DNA of 64,000 nt from an uncultured Clostridia bacterium (GTDB lineage Bacteria > Bacillota > Clostridia > Oscillospirales > Ruminococcaceae). The position numbers and the translations under genes are program-made. This document shows, piece after piece, positions 16,957-25,616 of the stretch. How positions within the stretch are numbered: the stretch's first letter is position 1; each line of letters begins with the position of its first letter. Under the pieces are notes generated by a model. That model searched no databases and was not told the DNA's origin. It was given only the letters and a program-made list of their open reading frames with translations. The stretch is from contig CALXAM010000084.1 of assembly GCA_944386285.1 (NCBI GenBank), positions 5,572 through 69,571 on the forward strand. The letters are read 5' to 3'.

Positions 16957-18321
16957 ATGCGAACAGATTTAACGGACGGAAAACCCGGAAAACTCATTTT
17001 GTTTTTTACCGTTCCGCTTTTGATCGGTAATTTGTTTCAGCAGTTTTACAGTATGGCGGACACCATCATTGTAGGACGGACGATCAATGTAGACGCATTG
17101 GCGGCAGTTGGTGCGACCGGTGCAATCAGCTTTTTGATTCTTGGATTTGTACAGGGAATTACAAGTGGATTTTCTGTTATTACTGCACAGCGTGTCGGTG
17201 CAGATGATGAAGACGGCATCCGCCGCAGTGTTGCAACATCCTTGATTCTAAGTGTCGGTGTGACGATTGTGTTTACCATTTTAAGCGTATTTACCGCACG
17301 GCCGCTGCTTGAGCTCATGCGCACACCAAGCGATATTATTGACGATGCGTACCGATATATCATTGTCATTTACTATGGAATTGTCGCAGCGGTTTTCTTT
17401 AATCTATTTTCAAGTATTCTGCGTGCGCTTGGCGACAGCAAAACACCGCTTCTCTTTTTGATTGTTGCCTGCGCAATCAATATTGTGCTTGATTTTGCCT
17501 GCATCTTGATTTTTCATATGGGTGTTGCCGGCGCAGGATGGGCAACGATTATTGCACAGGCTGTTTCTGCGGTATTGTGTCTTTTCTACAGCTTAAAGAA
17601 ATTTCCGGTGCTGCGGCTTAAAAAAGAGGATTTTGCGTTCTCGTGGCGTTTTGCATGGGAGCATTTGCGTATCGGTATTCCGATGGCGTTTCAGTTTTCG
17701 ATCATTGCAATCGGCGTTATGATTATGCAGGCGGCACTCAATGACTTTGGCTCACAAACGGTCGCAGCATTTACGGCAGCATCAAAGATCGAGAACATCG
17801 TGACACAGCCGTTAAACTCTCTGGGCGTGACAGCGTCCGTCTTTGCCGCACAAAACTACGGTGCAGGAAAAATAGCGAGAATCCGCGAGGGCGTACGCAA
17901 ATCCACATTGTTCTCGTTAACCTGGGCGATTGCCGGCGGATTGCTTGTGATATTCGGCGGACAGTTCTTAACACAGCTCTTTGTCGGAGAAAGTGCACCT
18001 GCTGTATTGGAGCAGTCGCAGTACTATTTGAATATCATGGGTATTTTCTTGTTCCCGCTTGGACAGCTGTTTATTTATCGAAACGTGCTTCAGGGAATGG
18101 GACGCGGCGGCGTACCGGTATTTGTCGGCTTTGTTGAGCTTGCGATGCGTGTGTTCGCAGCATTTTGTCTGACAATACCGTTCGGTTATTTAGGCGTTTG
18201 TCTTGCCAATCCTGTTGCATGGATCGGTGCGGCAGTCCCGCTTGCCATTGCATATTTTTACTGCATGCACAAGATGAAAAAGAAGGAACGATGTGAACAA
18301 AGTGTAATCAGCGAAGCATAG
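16957..18321 (+). CDS. MATE family efflux transporter (tandem paralogue)
   Basis: The N-terminal motif PLLIGNLFQQFYSMADTIIVGR is paralogous to that of the first MATE gene. The start was trimmed from 16585 to ATG 16957, which has a GGGGGA SD. The track extension overlaps the previous gene. Confidence 0.9.
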   Translation: MRTDLTDGKPGKLILFFTVPLLIGNLFQQFYSMADTIIVGRTINVDALAAVGATGAISFLILGFVQGITSGFSVITAQRVGADDEDGIRRSVATSLILSVGVTIVFTILSVFTARPLLELMRTPSDIIDDAYRYIIVIYYGIVAAVFFNLFSSILRALGDSKTPLLFLIVACAINIVLDFACILIFHMGVAGAGWATIIAQAVSAVLCLFYSLKKFPVLRLKKEDFAFSWRFAWEHLRIGIPMAFQFSIIAIGVMIMQAALNDFGSQTVAAFTAASKIENIVTQPLNSLGVTASVFAAQNYGAGKIARIREGVRKSTLFSLTWAIAGGLLVIFGGQFLTQLFVGESAPAVLEQSQYYLNIMGIFLFPLGQLFIYRNVLQGMGRGGVPVFVGFVELAMRVFAAFCLTIPFGYLGVCLANPVAWIGAAVPLAIAYFYCMHKMKKKERCEQSVISEA

Positions 18322-18350
18322 TTTCGTGAAATACAGCAAAAAAGCAAAAC

Positions 18351-18385
18351 AAAAAACCACCGATATATTTATCGGTGGTTTTTTA
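18351..18385. terminator. Bidirectional terminator between the second MATE gene and fba
   Basis: The motif is aaaaaa-ccaccgat-atattt-atcggtgg-ttttttt. Confidence 0.85.
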
Positions 18386-18400
18386 TCGTCAGAAAATGAA

Positions 18401-19264
18401 TTATGCTTTGTTGACAGAACCAAACAGTTCCATTTTCTCTTTGACTGTTGCTTTAATTGCTTCAAAGCCCGGAGCCAACAGTTTTCTCGGGTCAAAGCCT
18501 TTGCCCTGCAAATCTTTGCCTGCTTCAATGTATTCTCTTGTAGCAGCAGCAAATGCGAGCTGGCACTCAGTGTTTACATTGATTTTTGCAACGCCCAGAG
18601 AAATTGCTTTTTTGATCATATCTTCCGGGATACCGGTACCGCCGTGGAGAACGAGCGGCATATCGCCTGTTTTTGCCTGAACAGCATCAAGTGTTTCAAA
18701 GCTCAAACCAGCCCAGTTTGCCGGATATTTGCCGTGGATGTTGCCGATACCAGCAGCGAGCATGGTAACGCCCAGATCAGCGATCATTTTGCATTCATTC
18801 GGATCAGCACATTCGCCAGCGCCAATAACGCCGTCTTCTTCGCCGCCGATCGAACCAACTTCAGCTTCCAAGGAAAGGCCCAGTTCGTTGCAGATATTTA
18901 CGAGCTCTTTTGTTTTCTCAACATTCTCTTCGATCGGGTAGTGTGAACCGTCGAACATAATGGACGAGAAACCAGCTTCGATACATTTTTTTGCACCTTC
19001 ATAGCTGCCGTGATCCAGATGCAGTGCAACCGGAACCGTGATGTTCAATTCTTCGAGCATTCCGTTTACCATACCGACAACGGTTTTGTAACCAGCCATA
19101 TATTTGCCGGCGCCCTCAGAAACACCGAGAATGACCGGAGAGTTCAATTCCTGTGCAGTCAACAGGATGGCTTTGGTCCACTCAAGGTTGTTGATGTTAA
19201 ACTGGCCAACAGCATATTTGCCGGCTTTTGCTTTTGTAAGCATCTCTTTTGCAGAGACTAACAT
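18401..19264 (-). CDS. fba: Class II fructose-1,6-bisphosphate aldolase
   Basis: The sequence MLVSAKEMLTKAKAGKYAVGQFNINNLEWTKAIL...HLDHG...LVLHGGTG is highly similar to the Bacillus FbaA pattern. Confidence 0.95.
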   Translation of the reverse strand: MLVSAKEMLTKAKAGKYAVGQFNINNLEWTKAILLTAQELNSPVILGVSEGAGKYMAGYKTVVGMVNGMLEELNITVPVALHLDHGSYEGAKKCIEAGFSSIMFDGSHYPIEENVEKTKELVNICNELGLSLEAEVGSIGGEEDGVIGAGECADPNECKMIADLGVTMLAAGIGNIHGKYPANWAGLSFETLDAVQAKTGDMPLVLHGGTGIPEDMIKKAISLGVAKINVNTECQLAFAAATREYIEAGKDLQGKGFDPRKLLAPGFEAIKATVKEKMELFGSVNKA

Positions 19265-19330
19265 GACAAATTCCTCCCAGAACTTGAATTTACAAGCGTT
19301 TCATAAGAAAACGCCCATAGTACAAGCATT

Positions 19331-19359
19331 ATTATACTATATTTCGTGCCAAATTGCAA
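19331..19359 (-). promoter_or_regulatory. Near-consensus sigma-A promoter of fba
   Basis: On the minus strand, TTGCAA (19359-19354) is followed by a 17-nt spacer and TATAAT (19336-19331). Confidence 0.7.
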
Positions 19360-19428
19360 CAAAGACGTGTGATTGACGAATGAGCAAAAACCGGATACAA
19401 TAAGAAAGAAAAACAGACAAGAAACGGA

Positions 19429-20661
19429 GTGTGTTACGATTTGCAGTGGATCAAAACAAAATGGAAGCCCATCGTCACTTATTTGACGGTCGTTATTATT
19501 TCGATTCTCTATTTAGTTGTTGGAAATCGAATTGCGTCGGTGAATTTTTCGTTTGGAAGCGCCGCTTCGCTTCAATATACTGCGGACATTATTGAAATTG
19601 TAAATGTAGAGGAGGAATCCTATACGCTCAGCGGAACGGGCACGGAGATGACAAGCGAAACGGTTACCTTTCGCGCGCGCATCACAAGCGGGCGGATGAA
19701 GGGTTCAGAAATTGAAGCCGCGCAGCAAATTGATTCGATTGTTGCGGTCACTCCCAAACGCGTGGAGGTTGGCGATTCCGTTGTGCTAAGCTACGAGTCG
19801 GAGTATTCCGTCAGCGAAGATGGTACCGCTGTGCCAAACGGAAATTATCAGTGGCGGTTTTTGCAGTATCATCGCAGCGGAATTTTAATCATCACCAGTG
19901 TGATCTTCTGTATCTGCCTGCTGATTTTTGGAAAATGGCAGGGGTTTCATACCGTTGTCTCGCTTGCGTTTACCTGTCTTGCGGTGTTTGCCGTATTCGT
20001 TCCATCGATTCTTTCAGGACAGAATATCTATATTTGGGCGGCAATTACCTGTGTATATATTATTTCCATGACGCTTTTGATTGTTGTCGGTCCGCATAAG
20101 AAAAGTTTGTGCGCAGCGATCGGATGTATTGGCGGACTTTGTGTTACAGCCGGATTGTCGGCAATCTTGACGATTATGATGCACCTGACCGGTTTGACCG
20201 ACGAACAGACGCTGTATATTACCATGATGGATTCTGCGAAAATCGATCTGCGGGCGCTGCTGTTCGGCGCGATTTTAGTCGGTGCCGTCGGCGCTGTGAT
20301 GGACGTTTCCATGTCGCTTTCATCGTCGCTTTACGAAGTGAGCGAACAAATGGGAGAGCGCCGGTCCGTACGTGCACTGTTCCGTTCCGGCATGACAATC
20401 GGCCGCGACATCATGGGTACCATGGCAAATACGCTTATTTTAGCGTATATCGGAAGCTCGCTCTCCGTCGTCATCTTATTGGCAGCCAGTGAAACATCTC
20501 TGCTGTCCTTGTTCAATCAGGAAATGATCGTCGAAGAGGTGATGCAGGCGCTCACCGGCAGTTTCGGTATTTTGTTTACGATTCCGGTCACATCGCTTGT
20601 GGCATCCGTATTATATACGCGGAGAAGACACCCTCAAAAGGTGTCGAAGCAGCGCGCGTAA
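19429..20661 (+). CDS. YibE/F family membrane protein
   Basis: An N-terminal TM and extracytoplasmic domain are followed by about 6 TM with Gly/Ala-rich helices, the typical YibE/F layout. The start is uncertain: the GTG 19429 SD spacing is poor, and TTG 19441 is possible. Confidence 0.7.
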   Translation: MCYDLQWIKTKWKPIVTYLTVVIISILYLVVGNRIASVNFSFGSAASLQYTADIIEIVNVEEESYTLSGTGTEMTSETVTFRARITSGRMKGSEIEAAQQIDSIVAVTPKRVEVGDSVVLSYESEYSVSEDGTAVPNGNYQWRFLQYHRSGILIITSVIFCICLLIFGKWQGFHTVVSLAFTCLAVFAVFVPSILSGQNIYIWAAITCVYIISMTLLIVVGPHKKSLCAAIGCIGGLCVTAGLSAILTIMMHLTGLTDEQTLYITMMDSAKIDLRALLFGAILVGAVGAVMDVSMSLSSSLYEVSEQMGERRSVRALFRSGMTIGRDIMGTMANTLILAYIGSSLSVVILLAASETSLLSLFNQEMIVEEVMQALTGSFGILFTIPVTSLVASVLYTRRRHPQKVSKQRA

Positions 20662-21467
20662 TGAAACAGATATTGCTGGGCGATGCCGGCATACGGTAAA
20701 ATTTCTTTGGGCAGTCCCGATTGATAGTAACGCGCCATGACTTTTTTCATCCACGTGTCCATCGGTACGCAGGAAAGTCTCGCGAACCCGAACAATAACA
20801 CGCATTCCGCGACTTTCGGTCCCACACCGCAGATGGTGCGCAGTGTTTGACGTGCCTCTTCAATCGGACAGGTGTAAAGCTTTAAGAGATCGATTTCCCC
20901 TGAGGATACCTTTTGTGCGGCATCCAATAGATAACGGTCGCGGTATCCAAGCGACAGTCCCGCAAAATCCGAAAGGGAAGCGCTTGAAAGCGTCTTTGCG
21001 TCCGGAAACGAAAAAGCATGTTCTTCGATCGGGTCGCCGAACCGTTCACACAATAACGCGATGCTTTTTGTAATGCGGGGAATGTTGTTGTTTTGTGAGA
21101 TCAAAAAGGAAATGAGCGTTTCAAATCCGTCCTGACGCAGGACACGGATGCCGCCTGTATGTTCGATGGCGCGGCATAAGGTTGGGTCGCTCGAAAACAG
21201 CGTGTGAAGCGCGTCATAGTCTGTTTCACAGTCGAAATAGTTTGCCCATACTGCATGAAACTCATCGAGGGACATATCAAAGAAACGGACAAACTGATCC
21301 GTCTGCTGCATGCGTAAAAGCCGTCCGTTCGCAACACCGGAAAATTGTCCGTCCGTAGAGGAAAAGCGAAAGCATTGTCCGCATTGGAGCGTCATGGCAA
21401 GGGAAAATGAAGAAGCCGGAATCATCCAAAGCAGGTCGCTGCCTTCTTGTATCATGTCAAATTTCAT
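20634..21467 (-). CDS. ogg: 8-oxoguanine DNA glycosylase / N-glycosylase-DNA lyase (Ogg, HhH-GPD)
   Basis: Seen: QCGQCFRF, the HhH-GPD element ICGVGPKVAECVLLFG and the catalytic Asp context VPMDTW. The start was trimmed from 21551 to ATG 21467, which has an AAAGGA SD 9 nt upstream. Confidence 0.85.
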   Translation of the reverse strand: MKFDMIQEGSDLLWMIPASSFSLAMTLQCGQCFRFSSTDGQFSGVANGRLLRMQQTDQFVRFFDMSLDEFHAVWANYFDCETDYDALHTLFSSDPTLCRAIEHTGGIRVLRQDGFETLISFLISQNNNIPRITKSIALLCERFGDPIEEHAFSFPDAKTLSSASLSDFAGLSLGYRDRYLLDAAQKVSSGEIDLLKLYTCPIEEARQTLRTICGVGPKVAECVLLFGFARLSCVPMDTWMKKVMARYYQSGLPKEILPYAGIAQQYLFHYARCFDTF

Positions 21468-21523
21468 CAAAAACCGTCCTTTCATATGGTTTATCATACA
21501 AAACAAGCGGAGGTTCGTCAAGT

Positions 21524-22186
21524 ATGAAGGAATCAATCTACACCATTCCACTTACAGATATTTTTAAAAAGGAAACAAACGATGGCTGTCCGATCTGCCG
21601 GATGCGGCAGATGCTCGAAAACCGGTGCATTGAATATATCATGGGCGCGGCGATGATGGAGCCGGATATCCGGATGGAAACGAATAAATACGGCTTTTGT
21701 GCTACTCATCTTGAGGCGATGATACAGCAGAAAAACAGACTGTCGCTTGCGCTCATGCTGGAAACCCATCTGGATGAGCTGATGAACGAATATATGCCGC
21801 CGCAAACGAAAAAGAAAGGTACAGAGTCGCCTGCACATACCTGTTTTGTCTGCCGCGAAGTGGACAGAGTCAGTGAGAAATTTTTGCAGAATGCCGCACG
21901 TACCGCAGCATCTGATCCGGACTTTTTTCAGTTGGTCTGCGGTCAGGAGTTTTACTGCTTTTCTCATTATGATTTATTTTGCCGGATCATTGCAGATACA
22001 CTTCCCAAAAAGCAGGCAAATCAGCTGATTACAGCGTTGACAGAGCGCACGAAATCGTATCTCCAGTCACTGCGGGACGACGTCCATGCGTTTACACTGA
22101 TGTTTGACTATCGAAGCAAAGGACAAAACGAAAATGAACGGGCAAAACAGGCGGTCGCGCAAGCGGTGATGTATTTGTCAAAATAA
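21524..22186 (+). CDS. Cys-rich protein of unknown function with two CxxCR...CxxH modules (possibly DUF6062 family)
   Basis: The start was trimmed from 21407 to ATG 21524, which has GGAGG 10 nt upstream. The pattern CPICR-x33-CATH and again CFVCR-x34-CFSH is seen directly. The family name is from memory only. Confidence 0.65.
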   Translation: MKESIYTIPLTDIFKKETNDGCPICRMRQMLENRCIEYIMGAAMMEPDIRMETNKYGFCATHLEAMIQQKNRLSLALMLETHLDELMNEYMPPQTKKKGTESPAHTCFVCREVDRVSEKFLQNAARTAASDPDFFQLVCGQEFYCFSHYDLFCRIIADTLPKKQANQLITALTERTKSYLQSLRDDVHAFTLMFDYRSKGQNENERAKQAVAQAVMYLSK

Positions 22187-22241
22187 GAAATTCGATCAGG
22201 TAAAAACTGTGATCGTGAACTTTAAAAAACTACAATAAAAG

Positions 22242-22275
22242 AAAAAACCTGCGGTGAATTTCTTCACCGCAGGTT
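22242..22275. terminator. Bidirectional terminator (Cys-rich gene on plus, tRNA-Thr on minus)
   Basis: An 11-bp stem (cctgcggtgaa with ttcaccgcagg) has a 4-nt loop. It is followed by TTTTTT on the minus strand and a shorter TTT on the plus strand. Confidence 0.8.
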
Positions 22276-22351
22276 TGGAGCTACTGATCCGATTCGAACG
22301 GACGACCTGCTCATTACGAGTGAGCTGCTCTACCTGCTGAGCCACAGTAGC
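22276..22351 (-). tRNA. tRNA-Thr (anticodon CGT)
   Basis: The minus-strand sequence GCTACTGTGGCTCAGCAGGTAGAGCAGCTCACTCGTAATGAGCAGGTCGTCCGTTCGAATCGGATCAGTAGCTCCA folds by hand into a cloverleaf. It has a 7-bp acceptor stem, D arm GCTC/GAGC, anticodon loop CTCGTAA, T-loop TTCGAAT and an encoded CCA. Confidence 0.95.
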
Positions 22352-22369
22352 ATTTTGACTGCGAGAAAT

Positions 22370-22398
22370 ATAATATCACAATTTCTGCTATTCGTCAA
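22370..22398 (-). promoter_or_regulatory. Promoter of tRNA-Thr
   Basis: On the minus strand, TTGACG (22398-22393) is followed by a 17-nt spacer and TATTAT (22375-22370). This lies about 18 nt upstream of the mature tRNA 5' end. Confidence 0.6.
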
Positions 22399-22580
22399 GG
22401 GGAAAAAAGAAAAATTCGTCTGCTGTGAGAAGACGGTTTTGCAATGAAGTACATTTAGTAGTTCTGAAATATTCAAATGCAAAAAATTCAGAAGGCAGGG
22501 GAACAGAGGAGAAAAATCAAAAAATTAACGATTTACACAATGTTTTTTGCAAAACGATGATGTACAAAATGCAAAAATCG

Positions 22581-22588
22581 TGTATAAT
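22581..22588 (+). promoter_or_regulatory. Extended -10 element (TGTATAAT) upstream of ddh
   Basis: TGnTATAAT lies 60 nt upstream of the ddh ATG. No good -35 element is present. Confidence 0.35.
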
Positions 22589-22648
22589 GAAACACAGATC
22601 AGCCACAGCAAAATGGCTGGAGAAAAGGAAAAGGAGCTGTGTTAGCAG

Positions 22649-23635
22649 ATGAAAATTCGTGTAGGCATTTTTGGATATGGAAATCTTGGACGCGGAATTG
22701 AATGCGCCGTCAACCATAATGAGGATATGACACTTGCGGCAGTCTTTACACGCCGTAACCCGGAAACGGTGAAGATCTTAACCGAAGGTGTTCCGGTTTA
22801 TCATGCGGATGATGTGCTTTCCCATAAAGATGAAATTGACGTAATGGTGCTTTGCGGCGGTTCGGCAACCGATCTTCCGGTGCAGACACCGATGCTCGCA
22901 GCACATTTTAATGTTGTGGACAGCTTTGATACCCATGCAAAGATTCCGGAGCATTTTGACCATGTAGACAAAGCTGCAAAAGAAGGCGGCAAGGTAGCGC
23001 TGATTTCCGCTGGCTGGGACCCGGGCATGTTTTCGTTAAACCGTTTGTATGCAAACGCAGTTTTGCCAAACGGCGCAGACTATACATTCTGGGGAAAAGG
23101 CGTCAGCCAGGGTCACTCGGACGCAATCCGCAGAATCGACGGTGTGCTGGATGCGCGTCAATATACGGTTCCGGTGGAACGTGCATTGGAGGCAGTCCGC
23201 AGCGGCAGCAATCCTGTTTTGACAACGCGTGAAAAACACACCAGAGAGTGCTATGTCGTCGCAAAAGAGGGCGCCGATCGTTCGCGGATTGAAAAAGAGA
23301 TCAAAGAGATGCCGAACTATTTTGCGGATTACGACACAACCGTTCACTTCATTACGGAAGAAGAGCTTCAGAAAAATCATGCAGCGCTTCCGCACGGCGG
23401 ATTTGTGATTCGCACCGGAAAAACAGGATTCCATAATGAGCACAATCATTTGATTGAATATCGGTTGAAACTCGATTCCAATCCGGAGTTTACCGCATCC
23501 GTAATTGCTGCATATGCGCGTGCAGTGTACCGTTTAGCAAAGGCGGGAGAAGTCGGATGCAAAACCGTATTCGATATTGCACCGGCACTGTTAAGCCCGC
23601 TGGATGGCGAAACACTGCGCCGCACCATGCTGTAA
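22649..23635 (+). CDS. ddh: meso-Diaminopimelate D-dehydrogenase
   Basis: MKIRVGIFGYGNLGRGIE... is the Rossmann N-terminus typical of Ddh. The 328-aa length and the GWDPG motif also fit. Confidence 0.9.
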   Translation: MKIRVGIFGYGNLGRGIECAVNHNEDMTLAAVFTRRNPETVKILTEGVPVYHADDVLSHKDEIDVMVLCGGSATDLPVQTPMLAAHFNVVDSFDTHAKIPEHFDHVDKAAKEGGKVALISAGWDPGMFSLNRLYANAVLPNGADYTFWGKGVSQGHSDAIRRIDGVLDARQYTVPVERALEAVRSGSNPVLTTREKHTRECYVVAKEGADRSRIEKEIKEMPNYFADYDTTVHFITEEELQKNHAALPHGGFVIRTGKTGFHNEHNHLIEYRLKLDSNPEFTASVIAAYARAVYRLAKAGEVGCKTVFDIAPALLSPLDGETLRRTML

Positions 23636-23676
23636 TCGATTTTTACCCAAAAATAGTGAGATAGGGGGAGTTTGCT

Positions 23677-24282
23677 GTGAAACTATTGTTTATCGGAAAC
23701 AGTCATACGTATTATCACGATATGCCGCAGATTGTGAAAACGATCTGTGCGGCAAATGGAATTTCCGTTTCTGTAACGATGTTAGCGCATGGCGGAAAGG
23801 GATTTTTGTTTCATGCCGACGAGCCGGAGGTTCGGTTTAATATTTTGTTCGGCGGATATGACTATGTGATTTTGCAGCATACCGCCCATCCGATGGGAGA
23901 GCTTTCTGAAATGCGGGAAGGTGCTTCCCGTTTAATCTCATGGATTCGTCAGGCAGGCGCAACACCTGTTTTCTATATGACATGGCAGTCAAAACGTCTG
24001 GGTGCTGGACAACAGAAGCCGATGACGGACGCATACTTATATTTGGCGCAGCGGCACGGATGTGCAGTTGCACCGGTCGGCGAAGTTTGGTGGGATTTTG
24101 TTGCGCATCACAGCGAAGCTTCATTGTTTTCTGATGACGGCGAACATGCGAGCGAAACAGGCGCACGTCTTGCAGCGTATACGATTGCATGCACATTATT
24201 TGCGCCGAGAATCCACGCAGTTTTACCGGAAGATCAGCCGATTTTGGAATCGATTGCGCGTGTAAAAAAGGAAAGAAGGTAA
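23677..24282 (+). CDS. SGNH/GDSL-like hydrolase family protein
   Basis: The N-terminal block-I-like motif LLFIGNSHT is present in a 201-aa protein. The start is GTG with a GGGGGAG SD. Confidence 0.65.
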   Translation: MKLLFIGNSHTYYHDMPQIVKTICAANGISVSVTMLAHGGKGFLFHADEPEVRFNILFGGYDYVILQHTAHPMGELSEMREGASRLISWIRQAGATPVFYMTWQSKRLGAGQQKPMTDAYLYLAQRHGCAVAPVGEVWWDFVAHHSEASLFSDDGEHASETGARLAAYTIACTLFAPRIHAVLPEDQPILESIARVKKERR

Positions 24283-24285
24283 GGA

Positions 24286-25509
24286 ATGGAACATAAGACC
24301 GGCAAACGGCCGCATCGCTTGATTGAAAAGCACGAAGGACAAGCAAAAAAGCCGCATGATACGAAAAAAGAAACGGGGAAATGTCCTGTTTACCGTCAGT
24401 GCGGCGGCTGTCAGATTCACAATATGTCGTATGAACGGCAGCTTGCGTTTAAGCAAACCGGTGTCGAAAAACTGTTGAGCCGATTCGGAAAAGTGGAACC
24501 GATTATCGGAATGGAGCACCCTTATCATTATCGGAATAAGGTGCAGGCTGCTTTTTCGATTGATCGGAATAACCGAATCATTTCAGGCGTCTATCAATCG
24601 AGCACGCACCGGATTGTACCGATCGATCGCTGTTTGATTGAAGATCAAAAGGCGGATGAAATCATTGTTTCCATCCGGAAGATGATGCGTTCGTTTAAAA
24701 TGACGGCGTACGATGAGCGAAGCGGACGCGGTTTTCTGCGCCATGTGCTTGTAAAGCGTGGATTCGCAACCAATCAGATCATGGTCGTTTTGGTCGTTAC
24801 TTCGCCGATCTTTGCCGCAAAGAAGCATTTTGTGAAGGAGCTTCTTGAACAGTATCCGGAAATTACAACAATTATTATGAATCTGAATCAGAAACATACC
24901 AGCATGGTGCTTGGCGAACGCGAAACCGTGCTGTATGGCCCGGGATACATTGAGGACGTCCTCTGCGGATGTACATTCCGAATTTCTGCGAAGTCGTTTT
25001 ACCAGATCAATCCGGTTCAGACAAAAGTGTTATATGAAACAGCTGTTTCCTATGCACAGCTCACAGGAAAGGAAACGGTCATTGACGCATATTGTGGAAT
25101 CGGAACGATCGGAATGGTTGCAAGCAAAGCTGCCGGTCAGGTGATTGGCGTTGAGGTCAACCGTGACGCAGTACGCGATGCGATTGCAAATGCAAAACGT
25201 AATGCGATCAGCAACATTTATTTTCACAACGCAGATGCAGGAGAGTTTATGGTGGAGATGGCACACGACGGCGCACATGCCGATGTTGTGATGATGGACC
25301 CGCCGCGCGCCGGCAGTGATGAGGCGTTTCTCTCTTCGGTGGTTACACTGTCACCGAAGCGTGTTGTGTATATTTCCTGCAATCCCCAAACGCTTGCGCG
25401 TGATCTTGATTATCTTGTAGCGCATGGATATCGGGTACAGAAAATTCAGCCCGTTGATATGTTTCCGCACACTTCGCATACAGAATGCGTTGTGTCCATG
25501 ACCAAATAA
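24286..25509 (+). CDS. 23S rRNA (uracil-5-)-methyltransferase, RumA/TrmA family (no TRAM domain evident)
   Basis: Seen: the Fe-S Cys motif CPVYRQCGGCQ, the SAM motif DAYCGIGTIG, and DPPRAG plus a catalytic Cys context near the C-terminus (YISCNP). Confidence 0.88.
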   Translation: MEHKTGKRPHRLIEKHEGQAKKPHDTKKETGKCPVYRQCGGCQIHNMSYERQLAFKQTGVEKLLSRFGKVEPIIGMEHPYHYRNKVQAAFSIDRNNRIISGVYQSSTHRIVPIDRCLIEDQKADEIIVSIRKMMRSFKMTAYDERSGRGFLRHVLVKRGFATNQIMVVLVVTSPIFAAKKHFVKELLEQYPEITTIIMNLNQKHTSMVLGERETVLYGPGYIEDVLCGCTFRISAKSFYQINPVQTKVLYETAVSYAQLTGKETVIDAYCGIGTIGMVASKAAGQVIGVEVNRDAVRDAIANAKRNAISNIYFHNADAGEFMVEMAHDGAHADVVMMDPPRAGSDEAFLSSVVTLSPKRVVYISCNPQTLARDLDYLVAHGYRVQKIQPVDMFPHTSHTECVVSMTK

Positions 25510-25517
25510 AAAAAGTA

Positions 25518-25553
25518 AGCCATGCAGTCGCTTTTGTCTGCATGGCTCTTTTG
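25518..25553 (+). terminator. Rho-independent terminator after the methyltransferase gene
   Basis: A 10-bp stem (agccatgcag with ctgcatggct) has a 10-nt loop and is followed by CTTTTG. Confidence 0.65.
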
Positions 25554-25616
25554 CATGAAATCAATACGCATTGGAAACAATACATATATTTCAAAAAAGA
25601 CAGGAGGAACAAATCG

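Noticed and set aside
18326-18946. ORFs of 206 aa and 101 aa lie antisense to fba.
   Set aside because: The explanation is the same shadow-frame effect seen opposite nagB. fba is unambiguous and highly codon-biased, and the antisense products are low complexity with no start signals.
22400-22648. I considered a lysine (L-box) riboswitch or other leader RNA upstream of ddh, and the 75-aa ORF at 22425-22652.
   Set aside because: I could not find the conserved L-box helices or core, only a small 6-bp hairpin (cagcca...tggctg). The ORF is Lys/Arg-rich, has no SD, and overlaps the ddh promoter and SD region.
21524-22648. I considered whether tRNA-Thr marks the integration site of a genomic island.
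   Set aside because: No integrase, direct repeat of the tRNA 3' end or mobility gene is visible on either side. The flanking genes are ordinary chromosomal genes.
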